From a virus: DNA of 64,000 nt. The notes beneath the pieces are model-generated. The model was not told where the DNA came from. It saw only the letters and a program-made list of their open reading frames with translations, and searched no databases. The position numbers and the translations under genes are program-made. The DNA lies in the IMG/VR virus record IMGVR_UViG_3300036770_002122, positions 1 through 64,000 of that record; one strand, written 5' to 3'. Positions within the stretch are counted from its first letter, which is position 1. Every line of letters begins with the position of its first letter. Positions 46,674 through 57,800 of this stretch are shown here, in pieces.

Positions 46674-49600
46674 ATGGCATTAACATCACCTGGCGTAGAA
46701 GTTACAATCATTGACCAAAGTCAATATCTTCCAGCCCAAATCGGATCAGTTCCGCTAGTTGTATTCGCAACTGCGGCAAATAAAGCAAACGCTACTGAAT
46801 CAGGGGTAGCAGTAGGTACAACCGCAGCAAATGCTGGTAAGTTATATCTAGTTACAAGTCAGCGCGACTTGGTATCATTATATGGTAAACCATTCTTTTA
46901 TGAATCAACAAATGGTACACCAATTCAAGGCTATGAATTAAACGAATACGGTTTATTAGCAGCATATTCTGCACTAGGTGTAACAAATCGTGTTTATTGC
47001 TTACGTGCTGATATTGATTTATCAAGCCTCGTAGGACAAGCAGGACGCCCAGTAGGTGAGCCAGAAGATGGCGCGTATTGGTTAGATACTACATTAACTA
47101 ACTGGGGCCTATATGAATTTAATGCAACAACAGGTCAATTTACTTTACAACAACCTTTAGTAATTACTGATCCTGAAAACGTAGTTGCAGGTTATCCAGC
47201 AGGATATCTAGGTGCAGTAGGAACTTATGCAGTAATCGCACTACAAACTACTGAAGTACCAACTGCAACAACAGCACAGCAATTCTTCTATAAGAATAGT
47301 TATAACACATGGGTAGTAGTAGGTTCATGCGAATGGCATGAAAGCGTTGCTACTATAGTAGGTTCAAATTCTAATCCTACATTAACAGCAGGTCAAACAT
47401 TTACATTAACTATAGCAGATCAATTTACAAATCCTCAAACAGCAACAATTACTGTTCCTGGATTTGGTTCAAATACTGCTACTGGCGTAGCAAATGCTAT
47501 CAATGCTTTAGGTTGGCAGAATTTAACTGCTGATGTAAATTCAGCAGGTCGCTTGCAGATTTTCACTCATGCATCTGTTGTAGTAGGTGCAGGAACAGGA
47601 ACAGTACTATCTGATCTAGGTATCAGTGCAGGTACATATTATTCTCCAGCATTCTATTATGGAACATCTGCACAACAACCACTATGGCAAACAGGACAGA
47701 CTACTCCAAGACCAAGTGGTTCTGTATGGTTAAAGGTAGGCGCAGCAGGTAACGGCTTTAGCCCTATCATTTCAGAGTATGATGCAAGTGTTAATGCTTG
47801 GATCGCTAAAACTGTTTCATTAGCAACAGGTGATGCTGCAGCCATTGATGCACTAGACGCAACTGGTGGACAGGCTATACCAGCAGGCACAATATATGGA
47901 CAATATTCTTATAATAATGCATTTTCTCCAGATCATCCTGGTCCAATTTATTATTGGAAGCGTCTTGCTACAGGTCCTACAGTAGTTACTGGTACTAATA
48001 CAAGTCCAAACTTTAATGCAGGTCCATATGAAGCAACAGTATATGTAACTATTCCTAATAGCAGTTCATGGCAGGGTCCATACACTGTTTCATTAGCAGA
48101 TAATACATTTGCTGAAGAGTTTGTAGAAGCATGGCAGTTAGCAAGTATTCCTTACACAACAGCCGAAGTAACTACAGAAGGTTCAATTCAAATTACACAT
48201 ACATTAGGTGGTTCAATTAGTGTCAGTGACATTAATCTTGTAACTGGTTTATCTAATGGTTTACTAGAAGAAGCAGGATTTGTTGCAAATGTAACAGCAG
48301 GTTGCAAGCCAGGACTTCTTCAAGGCGATTTATTTGACGTTGCTCAAAGCAGCACAACTTCAATTGCCGGCGCCGGACTACAAATTCAAGTTTTAGTATC
48401 ACAACTTGATCAATATAGACTTGGACCAATTCTTTCAGGCGGTACAAACTATGTTGTAGGTGACATCGTTACTTTTGCTGGTACTGACATGGGTGGTACA
48501 ACTGATAATAACTTAGAAGTTGTAGTAACTAGTGTAGGTGCTGGCGGTGAAGTACTAGGTATAGTATTAGCAACAAATGGTGGTAATCAACCAGCATACA
48601 AATATTCAGTTATGTTAAGTAACTGGGTAGAATTTGATTATACTGCTAACGAAGGTGCACCAACAGAAACACCAGCAAATAATACTAACTGGTACTATAG
48701 TGTAACAAATGAAGTTGACATTATGGTCAACACACAATCAGGTTGGAAGGGTTATCGCAACGTAAACTTTGATAATAATGCTTTCCCACTACCAAGCGGT
48801 ACAAATACAACTGATCCAAACGGTCCAATCGTAAGCGCAAGCATGCCAGAAACACAGAGTGATGGCACAGCACTTGCTTATGGTGATTTATGGGTTGATA
48901 CTAGTGCAGAGGCATTAGAAAACTATCCAGTAATCAGCCGTTGGCAAGAAGTTGATGGTGAAGATCAATGGGTATTAATTGATAATTCAGATCAAACTAG
49001 TTCATCAGGCATCGTATTTGCCGATGCACGTTGGTCAAGTAATCAAAATACAATTAACCCAGCAAACGATCCTATCCCAACAATCAAGTCATTGTTAACA
49101 AGCAATAATCTTGACATAGATGCACCAGCATCTAACTTGTATCCAATTGGATGCTTATTGTTTAATACTCGTCGTAGTGGAAATAACGTAAAACAATACA
49201 GAACTAATTATTTTAATACTGTATCTTTCCCAGACGAAACAATACCAACAATTCGTAGCACATGGGTAACAGTAAGTGGATTGCAAACAAATGGTGCTCC
49301 TTATATGGGTCGTAAGGCTCAAAGAGCAATGGTTGTTGAAGCACTACGTAGTGTATTAGCAACTAATACAGCAATTCGTGACGAAGATAACTTCTTCAAT
49401 TTAATGGCTACACCAAATTATCCTGAGTGTCAGCCTAACATGATTGAAGTTAACGGTGCTCGCGGCGAAACTTGCTACATTCTAGGTGACACTCCAATGC
49501 GTCTACCAGAAAGTGCAACTGCAATTCAAGCATGGGCAACTAATGCAGCAGGTGCAGCAAGCACAGGTGAAGATGGATTAGTAACTCGTAATACTTATAT

Positions 49601-50252
49601 GGGCTTGTTCTACCCAAGTGGTTTAGCAACAGACCTAGATGGTAACGAAGTTGCTGTTCCAGCAAGTCATATGATGTTACGTACTTTCTTACGTAATGAC
49701 ACTATTGCTTATCCTTGGTTCGCAGCAGCAGGTGTTCGTCGTGGTATCATCGACAATGCATTGAGCATTGGATATCTTGACGGCACAACTGGTGAGTTCA
49801 TTTCAACTAAGACAAGACTTGGCATACGTGATACATTGTACGAAAACTTCATCAACCCACTAGTATTCTTTACTGGTAACGGTTTGTTGAACTATGGTAA
49901 CAAGACATCATTCAATAGTCAAAGCGCATTGGATCGTACAAACGTAGCAAGACTAGTTGCGTACATCCGTCGTCAATTGACACTAGCAGCAAGACCATTC
50001 GTATTCGAACCAAACGATACTACAACTCGTCAAGAAATTTCAGGTGTTGTAGAAACATTGATGCTTGATTTAATTGCTAAGAGAGGTATCTATGATTACT
50101 TGGTTGTTTGCGATGAGTCAAATAACACACCAGCAAGAATAGATCGTAATGAGTTGTGGATCGACGTAGCAATTGAGCCTGTCAAGGCTGCTGAGTTCAT
50201 CTACATCCCAGTACGTATATTGAACACTGGTGAATTAGGAAATCAGGGATAA
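46674..50252 (+). CDS. Contractile tail sheath (gp18-like), enlarged
   Basis: MALTSPGVEV start, YPWFAAAG..RG, RTNVARL, FVFEPND, PVKAAEFIYIP. Confidence 0.93.
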   Translation: MALTSPGVEVTIIDQSQYLPAQIGSVPLVVFATAANKANATESGVAVGTTAANAGKLYLVTSQRDLVSLYGKPFFYESTNGTPIQGYELNEYGLLAAYSALGVTNRVYCLRADIDLSSLVGQAGRPVGEPEDGAYWLDTTLTNWGLYEFNATTGQFTLQQPLVITDPENVVAGYPAGYLGAVGTYAVIALQTTEVPTATTAQQFFYKNSYNTWVVVGSCEWHESVATIVGSNSNPTLTAGQTFTLTIADQFTNPQTATITVPGFGSNTATGVANAINALGWQNLTADVNSAGRLQIFTHASVVVGAGTGTVLSDLGISAGTYYSPAFYYGTSAQQPLWQTGQTTPRPSGSVWLKVGAAGNGFSPIISEYDASVNAWIAKTVSLATGDAAAIDALDATGGQAIPAGTIYGQYSYNNAFSPDHPGPIYYWKRLATGPTVVTGTNTSPNFNAGPYEATVYVTIPNSSSWQGPYTVSLADNTFAEEFVEAWQLASIPYTTAEVTTEGSIQITHTLGGSISVSDINLVTGLSNGLLEEAGFVANVTAGCKPGLLQGDLFDVAQSSTTSIAGAGLQIQVLVSQLDQYRLGPILSGGTNYVVGDIVTFAGTDMGGTTDNNLEVVVTSVGAGGEVLGIVLATNGGNQPAYKYSVMLSNWVEFDYTANEGAPTETPANNTNWYYSVTNEVDIMVNTQSGWKGYRNVNFDNNAFPLPSGTNTTDPNGPIVSASMPETQSDGTALAYGDLWVDTSAEALENYPVISRWQEVDGEDQWVLIDNSDQTSSSGIVFADARWSSNQNTINPANDPIPTIKSLLTSNNLDIDAPASNLYPIGCLLFNTRRSGNNVKQYRTNYFNTVSFPDETIPTIRSTWVTVSGLQTNGAPYMGRKAQRAMVVEALRSVLATNTAIRDEDNFFNLMATPNYPECQPNMIEVNGARGETCYILGDTPMRLPESATAIQAWATNAAGAASTGEDGLVTRNTYMGLFYPSGLATDLDGNEVAVPASHMMLRTFLRNDTIAYPWFAAAGVRRGIIDNALSIGYLDGTTGEFISTKTRLGIRDTLYENFINPLVFFTGNGLLNYGNKTSFNSQSALDRTNVARLVAYIRRQLTLAARPFVFEPNDTTTRQEISGVVETLMLDLIAKRGIYDYLVVCDESNNTPARIDRNELWIDVAIEPVKAAEFIYIPVRILNTGELGNQG

Positions 50253-50287
50253 TTAATTAATAAATAAGATTATGGAGAAATACTAAA

Positions 50288-50929
50288 ATGGCTGCAATAT
50301 CATTAAACAGAATGTCAGTTGCTGGTAGTGACGGAGGTTCTGGTAACCAAGGCTTGTTAATGCCAAAACTACAATATCGCTTTAGAGTTAAATTTCTAAA
50401 CTTTGGAGTAGACACACTAGCAGGTTTGGCTCTTACTAGACAAATCGTTGACATAGCAAGACCAACTGTACAGTTTGATCAGGTAACACTACCTGTTTAT
50501 AACAGCACAGTTAAATTAGCAGGCAAGCATCAGTGGACAGATATCACTTGCACAATTCGTGATGAGGCTACTGGTGAAGTTGCTAAGGCTGTAGGTCAAC
50601 AGTTACAGAAGCAATTAGACTTCATGGAACAGGCTTCAGCAGCAGCAGGTCAAGATTATAAGTTCCAAACTAACATCGAAATATTAGATGGTGGTAACGG
50701 AACTTCAGCACCAGTAGTACTTGAAACATGGGAACTATATGGTTGCTGGTTGCGCGGTGCAAATTATCAAACACTAAATTACGGTCAAAGTGATGCTGTT
50801 ACTATTCAGTTAACTATTTGTTACGATAACGCATTGCAAACACCACTAGGTAGTGGAGTTGGTACTGCTGTAGGCAGAACACTTGGCACAAGCGCAATTG
50901 GTATAGGTAATAACAATAACAACCTTTAA
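50288..50929 (+). CDS. Tail tube protein (gp19-like)
   Basis: PKLQYRFRV, LAGKHQW, WELYGCW; follows the sheath; late promoter. Confidence 0.88.
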   Translation: MAAISLNRMSVAGSDGGSGNQGLLMPKLQYRFRVKFLNFGVDTLAGLALTRQIVDIARPTVQFDQVTLPVYNSTVKLAGKHQWTDITCTIRDEATGEVAKAVGQQLQKQLDFMEQASAAAGQDYKFQTNIEILDGGNGTSAPVVLETWELYGCWLRGANYQTLNYGQSDAVTIQLTICYDNALQTPLGSGVGTAVGRTLGTSAIGIGNNNNNL

Positions 50930-50941
50930 TAAGGTGAATTG

Positions 50942-52174
50942 ATGTCTGGAATTTACCAGAATTTGCAGAATGCCCTCGGTGCTTTTTTAGGAACACCGGG
51001 GGCTCCTAGTGGGGCCTACTTAAGAGATTTTCGTCACGCAAGTAAGACTTTTGTAAGTGATAGTTACGCTCTTGCCCCTAAATTTAAATTTCTTTTTCAT
51101 ACATATTTTAATATTAATCCTGCAGCATTAGATTCAACAATGACTGCAAATTTTAACAATTACGGTTTATTGGTAAAAGATATTAGATTGCCTAGTTATC
51201 GTTTTGCTACTCACACATTAAATCAATATAATCGTAAAAGAATTGTACAAACAAAGATTAATTATGATCCAGTAGAAATTACTTTTCATGATGATAACAG
51301 CAATGTCATTAATAAATTATGGTATGCATACTATACATATTACTACAAAGACGCAAGTAAATTAACTAAAAATCCAACTAGTAATACAACACAAAGTACT
51401 CAGGCTGATTTTAATGTAAGAAATACATACACCGATGATGCTCAAGGAAGTTTTGATTGGGGATACATTGGTGAAATTAGTACAAATGCATCAGGTGATA
51501 ATACTAAAAAACCTTTCTTTAATAGCGTGACAGTATATGGATTTAATCAACATCAATATATTGCTTATCAATTAATTAATCCTATTATTGCAAACTTTCA
51601 ACATGATTCATATGATTATGATCAAGGCAACGGTGTCATGCAAAATCGTATGACTTTAGAATACGAAACTGTGCAATATTATGAAGGTGCATTTAATGGT
51701 GAAACATTACCTGATATTGAAACTGGCAACTTTGCTGATGCAGCCAATTATGACAGAGAATTAAGTCCAATTACCATACCCGGTGCTAACGGTAAAATTT
51801 TAGGGCCGAGTGGATTTCTTGATGGTGTAGGCGGATTTGTAAAGGCACTAGGTGAAGGAAATATTTTAGGTGCTATAAAAGTAGCAGGTGCTACTTACAA
51901 TAATTATAAATCGTATAATGCTAAAACAGCATTAAAACAAGAAGCAGAAAATTTATTATTAGGCGCACTGGGACAATTAAAAGTTGGACCAACAATTAGA
52001 AATCAACAAACTCAAACTCCGATAAAACAAGAAACACCCACAAATAATGGAGCAGGTTCACCGACAATAGCAAACGGTTCACAACCCGGTGTTGTTGGTG
52101 GAGATCCAACTGCAGGATCTCAAGTACCATCAACAACTTCTCCGCCTCAACCTAGAGTAAGAGGACCAATTTAA
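50942..52174 (+). CDS. Tube-fold baseplate/tube initiator (gp54/gp48-like)
   Basis: LVKDIRLP, YDPVEITFHDD, MTLEYE tube-like motifs. Confidence 0.65.
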   Translation: MSGIYQNLQNALGAFLGTPGAPSGAYLRDFRHASKTFVSDSYALAPKFKFLFHTYFNINPAALDSTMTANFNNYGLLVKDIRLPSYRFATHTLNQYNRKRIVQTKINYDPVEITFHDDNSNVINKLWYAYYTYYYKDASKLTKNPTSNTTQSTQADFNVRNTYTDDAQGSFDWGYIGEISTNASGDNTKKPFFNSVTVYGFNQHQYIAYQLINPIIANFQHDSYDYDQGNGVMQNRMTLEYETVQYYEGAFNGETLPDIETGNFADAANYDRELSPITIPGANGKILGPSGFLDGVGGFVKALGEGNILGAIKVAGATYNNYKSYNAKTALKQEAENLLLGALGQLKVGPTIRNQQTQTPIKQETPTNNGAGSPTIANGSQPGVVGGDPTAGSQVPSTTSPPQPRVRGPI

Positions 52175-52536
52175 TGTTATATGATATTCAAAGACAATCA
52201 CAAGAAAATACAGTAAAAATTTTCGATGCTTTTTATAAAACTAATTCCGTAATTCCTACCAACCAGTGGGATTTAGTTAAAAGTTATTTTGATAGTGTAT
52301 GCGACACCAAACAAATTGCAGCAAATTTTACTGCTGTATTTTTTAGAATGGCGCAAGAAAATGGTATAGATGCTATGGTATTGCTTGAAGAACTGCAAGG
52401 CAGAGCAAGAACTAAAGTTGATCTAAGTCAAGTGATGGCATATTATTTCAATAGTTTTAAGTCCAAAACAAGTTTATATGGATTAGCAGTTATACCGGTA
52501 CCTAATCAGGCAGTTGCTAGAAACGTTGTAATTTAA
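52174..52536 (+). CDS. Hypothetical protein
   Basis: 120-aa translationally coupled ORF. Confidence 0.7.
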   Translation: MLYDIQRQSQENTVKIFDAFYKTNSVIPTNQWDLVKSYFDSVCDTKQIAANFTAVFFRMAQENGIDAMVLLEELQGRARTKVDLSQVMAYYFNSFKSKTSLYGLAVIPVPNQAVARNVVI

Positions 52537-52537
52537 T

Positions 52538-52975
52538 ATGGCAAATTTTGCTCAAGGCAAATATCAATGTAAGAATAAAGGTAAGTATATAGGCACACAT
52601 GTACCTAGATATCGTAGTGGTTGGGAATTAACATTTATGATGTTTTGTGATAACCACGATAGCGTGATATCCTGGGCTAGTGAATCTATACAAATACCCT
52701 ACAGAAATCCACTAACAGGCAAATCAACAATTTATGTACCTGACTTTTTTGTTCAATATCAGGATAAATATGGCAGACAACGTGCAGAACTTGTTGAAAT
52801 AAAACCTAAAAAACAAAGTCTAATTGAAAGTAGAACCGCTAGCGCAAGAGACAAGGCTGCAGTGGCAGTCAATCATGCAAAATGGGCAGCAGCAACAGCA
52901 TACTGTAAAAAAGCAGGATTAACTTTTAGAGTCATTACAGAGGATGATTTGTTCAGGAACGGAAGGAATAAATAG
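52538..52975 (+). CDS. Head completion nuclease (T4 gp4-like)
   Basis: YRSGWE, WASE, YVPDF, VEIKP, KWAAA, FRVITE. Confidence 0.9.
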   Translation: MANFAQGKYQCKNKGKYIGTHVPRYRSGWELTFMMFCDNHDSVISWASESIQIPYRNPLTGKSTIYVPDFFVQYQDKYGRQRAELVEIKPKKQSLIESRTASARDKAAVAVNHAKWAAATAYCKKAGLTFRVITEDDLFRNGRNK

Positions 52976-52990
52976 TATATAGGAGATCGT

Positions 52991-53722
52991 ATGCTATTTC
53001 TTCAAAATAAATACACATCTTGGTACTTTGCTATTATCAACAAAGCAAAAAAAAGAATAACTGAAGGGTATACTGAAAAACACCACATCATTCCGAAAAC
53101 ACTAGGTGGTAAAAATGATAAATCTAATATTGTAAAATTAACTGCTAGAGAACATTTTATTTGTCATTTACTGTTGACTAAAATGTTAGTTGATGATAAC
53201 AGACATAAGATGATATACGCATTACACATGTTGTCTAATGCATCTAACAAATTACATCAACGTTATGCACCCTCAAGCAAACTATACGAATATGAAAGAA
53301 AAATATTTGCAGAAACTCATTCGTTTAAGATGAAACAAAATCATCCATTAAAAAATCCATTACATAAACAATCGCATCAGTTGGGTATAGATAAAAGAGG
53401 TCCTACTTCTATCAAAGGTATCAAAAGATCAGAGTCGATGAAAGAAAAGATGCGTAACAGAGAATGGACTCAAAAAGCCCTTGATAATCGTCTTGCAAAT
53501 TGCCTTAAATCAGCAGAAGCAAGAAAAGGAAGCAAGTGGTCTTCCGACATGCATAAACGTAGATTCCAGCAATACGTCGAAAAGAACAAGCACCTATTTT
53601 CTCAAGTATTTTCATTAGAAGATCAAGGTTACAGCACCAGGCAAATAGCATTGAAAATGAATATATCCTGGGATAGAATAAATTACATCTTAACAAATAA
53701 ATACCGACTAAATACCCTATGA
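52991..53722 (+). mobile_element. Free-standing HNH homing endonuclease
   Basis: EKHHIIPKTLGG.N...N.V.LTAREHFICH; basic middle region; C-terminal HTH-like STRQIALKMNIS. Confidence 0.85.
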
Positions 53723-54198
53723 CACGTAAACTTGAAGAACTATTCAATCTCTCGCAAAGCGAAGAGACATCTGAACAACTTGAATTACCTCCCGAAACTC
53801 AGGAAGTAACTGAAACGGCTCTTGATAACCTTGAAAAGATAGAAAACGCATTACCTCAAGTGCGTGGATTAGAAACTGCGGATCATGAAATGGACGATCT
53901 AGCGGATTTAGCCAAAAATAGTTATAAAGATTTAATGGATTTGGGTATGCAAGTTGATAGTCGTTATAGCAGCGAAATTTTTAATGTAGCAGGTACTATG
54001 CTAGGTCATGCTATCACTGCAAAAACAGCAAAAGTGCAAAAAAAGTTAAAGATGATTGAATTGCAACTAAAGAAAGCGGGATTAGATCAGAAATTAGCAA
54101 GTAAAGAAGAAAAGATTGAGGCTACCCCATTAGGTGAGGGTAAAGTACTTGATCGTAATGAACTACTCAAATCCCTGACAACTAAAAACATAAATTAG
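53719..54198 (+). CDS. Putative terminase small subunit (gp16-like)
   Basis: Helical; YKDLMDLGM..R..EIF.VA and DRNELL pattern; late promoter. Confidence 0.55.
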   Translation: MTRKLEELFNLSQSEETSEQLELPPETQEVTETALDNLEKIENALPQVRGLETADHEMDDLADLAKNSYKDLMDLGMQVDSRYSSEIFNVAGTMLGHAITAKTAKVQKKLKMIELQLKKAGLDQKLASKEEKIEATPLGEGKVLDRNELLKSLTTKNIN

Positions 54199-54226
54199 TG
54201 ATAAATATTAGATACAGGATATACGT

Positions 54227-54859
54227 ATGAAAAGCCTAAAACAATACATTGCAGAAAGTGTACATTTATATGATGTAACTATTAAAATTGCCGGAGAAGT
54301 TGATAAAAACTTCCTAGATTTGTTCATTCATAATCTTAAGAAGTTTGATCCAGCAACTCCAATCACACCTAAAACACTTCCTATTGCAAAAGATGCATAT
54401 GGTTTTCCGGGTATGAGCAATGAACCAGTAACAGTGTTGCGTTGCAAATTCCGTTATCCTGCTACAGAACCAATGGTACAACAGTTAGCACAATTATTAG
54501 GCTATAATGTCAATTATGTACGTTTGGTCAATAGCGAATACGATGATAGCATCAACCGTGAAAGCGAAGAATATGCTAATCAAATGGAGCACAGTCCTGT
54601 ATTAACTCACACTGAAATGGAAGATGCGGGTGATGCTGCTAAAAAAGCAAGTAAGGATTATGGTAATTCATATTTAGATAGTATCAAAGCACAAAGTAAA
54701 GACGGTTTTCAAGGCAAAGATTTACAGTTTGATGGAAAGAGAACCCCAGACAGTTTTGATCCATTCAAGCCATACTTAGATGACAAATCAAAGGGTAATA
54801 AGAGTCCAATGACTAATATTACACGTCCTGCCAAGCCTAAAACAGGCGCAATGGCGTAA
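54227..54859 (+). CDS. Putative head protein with capsid-targeting-like N-terminus
   Basis: MKSLKQYIAE resembles the T4 IP targeting peptide MKTYQEFIAE; late promoter. Confidence 0.55.
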   Translation: MKSLKQYIAESVHLYDVTIKIAGEVDKNFLDLFIHNLKKFDPATPITPKTLPIAKDAYGFPGMSNEPVTVLRCKFRYPATEPMVQQLAQLLGYNVNYVRLVNSEYDDSINRESEEYANQMEHSPVLTHTEMEDAGDAAKKASKDYGNSYLDSIKAQSKDGFQGKDLQFDGKRTPDSFDPFKPYLDDKSKGNKSPMTNITRPAKPKTGAMA

Positions 54860-54870
54860 GAGGTTTTATC

Positions 54871-57800
54871 ATGGAATTTAAGAAATTTTTAGAATTAGTA
54901 AATGAGGCTGAGTCAACAGCCGAAAAAGATGATAAAGCCAAAAAAGCAGGCGAAGAAGTCACTAAAGATATTGAATATGATGAAGGTCATAAAGGTAGTG
55001 ATGACGAACGTGCTGAAAAAGCAGGCAAAAAAGTTGCCGCTGATATCAGATACGATGATAAGAAAGATAAAAAGAAATCATTAAAAGAATATTTTGAAGA
55101 AACTGAACAAGAAATTATTAATGAAGGTCAGTTTCCTATTCCAGTAGTTGGTCCAGACAATAAACCAATTGCTGGCCAATCAGGCTTTTTAAACGTAAGT
55201 GTTCCAGGACAAGCAGGCGTAGCAGTCAATGACATGCTGCGTAGATTAGGTGCAAGAGGTTTAAGTATAATTCTTCCACCAAATAGAATTCAACAGCAGC
55301 AACAGCAACAAGCATTGGCTGCTGCTAAAAGAGCATCTGTACAAACTTCAGGCAAACAAGTTGCTGAAGAAACTGTAGATGAAGGCATTGATGATGTTGT
55401 CAAATTAGGTACAAAGTACGGCGACGATATTGCTAAACAATTTAGTAACTTTGCTAGCGGATTTAAAAATCCACAAGGTGCAATGAATTTACCAAATCAA
55501 TCATTAGCATCAAAAGCAGGTGCAGCAACATCAAGAGGCGGTCCTGCAATAGGGGCAGGCGCCGGTGCAGCAGGCATGGCTGCATTAGGTGGTGACGATA
55601 AACCTGCAGCAGATAATAAACCGGCAGCCGTCGCAGCAGACAATAAACCAGCAGCAGCGGCACCCGCTGCACCAGAGGCTCCTGCTGCTCCAGCAGAGCC
55701 TGTCGCTCCAGAGGCACCTGCTGTAGATACAGCACCTCCTGCTCCACCATCTGACGAAATTGATAGAATTCAACAATTGGCTGGTATGAGCGATGAAGAA
55801 AAATATGGTAAGGTAGGAGCAGAGATTCGTAAATTAGATCCTGAAGCCTATAAAAATAGACCAAGAGATTATCAAGGTAATATTGATTTATTAAACAAGT
55901 TAAGAGCGCAAAAAGCAGATGACACCACTGCACCACCTGCAGCAGATACTAAAGCAGATGATAAGCCAGCAGACGCAAAGGCTGATGAAAAACCAGCAGA
56001 TGCAGCAGACGCAAGTGATGAATTAGAACCTGTAACTGTTACCGGTAAGAGAACACAACCTGCTGATCAAGATAAAGAAGGTGACGCTGAATTAGGTCGT
56101 TTACTAAATTTATCTGGCGCAAATACCTATGATGAATTAGGTAATTGGTTAAAGAATAGAGATAAGCCTGCAGGAAGCACTGAAGAACCAAAAGCAGCAG
56201 AGCCGGCAAAAGAACCAGAATCAAAACCTGAAGAACCAGCCGTTGACGCAGCAGGGGAAGAACCAGCCGTTGACGCCGCCGGCGAAGAACCAGCACCCGC
56301 TGCTGCAATTGAACCTAAAACTTCTTATAGAGTTGTTGATCCGTCGACCGGCAGAGCAAGAAATGTTTCAAAAGAAAAATATGATCAAATGGTTGCAAGA
56401 GGCCAAATTGATAAAGATAAAGGTTTAGACTATCAATTTAAAGTCAGAGACCCAGATGGTTCAATTAGAACAGTAAAACAAGGTGATCCAGATTGGCAGA
56501 AGTATGCTGATCAGGCAGAAAAAACTGTAGCATCAAATTACAATCAATTACAAGGCGAACCAGAAGGCGAAGAAGGCGAAGAAGGCGAAGAGAAATCAGG
56601 TAGACCAAGTTTGTTTAGAAGATTATTCAACATCGGCAAAGACGATGAAGGTTATTATCTAGGTAAAAAGCGCGGTCGTGATAATGCTCCAGATGATACT
56701 GAAGAAAAGTCAGAACTATCTGAAGGTAAACTTGCTGAAAAGTGGGAAGGCGATGTTAAAGTTGAACCAACTGGCGAGTATAAAAATAAAACAAAAGCAC
56801 AATTACAGGCAATGTTGGCACGACTACATAAAACTGGTCCTCATAAGAAGGGCAGCAAAGAAGCCAAACAGCAAAGTCAAATTAATTTTGCATTACGTGC
56901 CAAAGGTGGTTGGAAGAAAGGTGAAGGCGCAGCAATGAAATCTGTAGAAGAAGATGCTACAGCAGCACAGCCAAGCAAACTACAGCAAAGACATCAAGAT
57001 AACTTTGCTGCTAAACAACAAGCAGCACATAGTAAACAAGATAGTCAAGCAAAAGATTATCTAGCATCAAAAGGTGTAAGCGATCAAAATGCAGCAAAAC
57101 TAATGGCTAAACCAATGAGAGAAGAAAAAGTCGATGAAAAGTTTGCAAGCCAACAGCAAGCAAAATTAATGTACGCAGCAGCAGGCGATAAAAAAGTCGC
57201 AAAGAAAACTGGCGTAAGTCAAGACGTAGCAAAAGAATTTATTAAAAAGAGTCATGGGCAGAAAGTAAGCAAACTACCCAAGAAAGTAAAAGAAGCAGAA
57301 ATTCCAAAGTCAGGCCCAGATTATGGTGCAGGATTAGGCGCTGGTCGCAGCGACAACGTATTGGAGGCAAAGCCGGATTTCATCGATCTTGATAAAGACG
57401 GTGATAAGAAAGAATCAATGAAGAAGGCAGCAGCCGACAAAAAGAAAAAGAAGGTAAATGAATCTATGAGCAATCTATTAAAAGCAGCATATAGCGAAGG
57501 CTATGTACACGGTCTACGTGAGCAACCATGCCGCGTAAAACACTACCAAGATATGGAAGAAGCAAAGCATTACTTTGAAGGTTACAAATGTGGCCTAGAA
57601 GAATGCTATGGACTCGTTCCAGGTCGCGGCTATGTTGACGAAGAATCATCACAAGATGTTGTAGACAACATGGCAAGTTTCGGTGCAGTAGGTGTTGAAG
57701 AAAATACTAATCAAAACATGGCAGCAGTTCCCGTGCAGAAGGCACAGGCTGGTCAAGTAAACACTTCAGCAACCAATCCTGCTCCGCAACAAAATGTACC

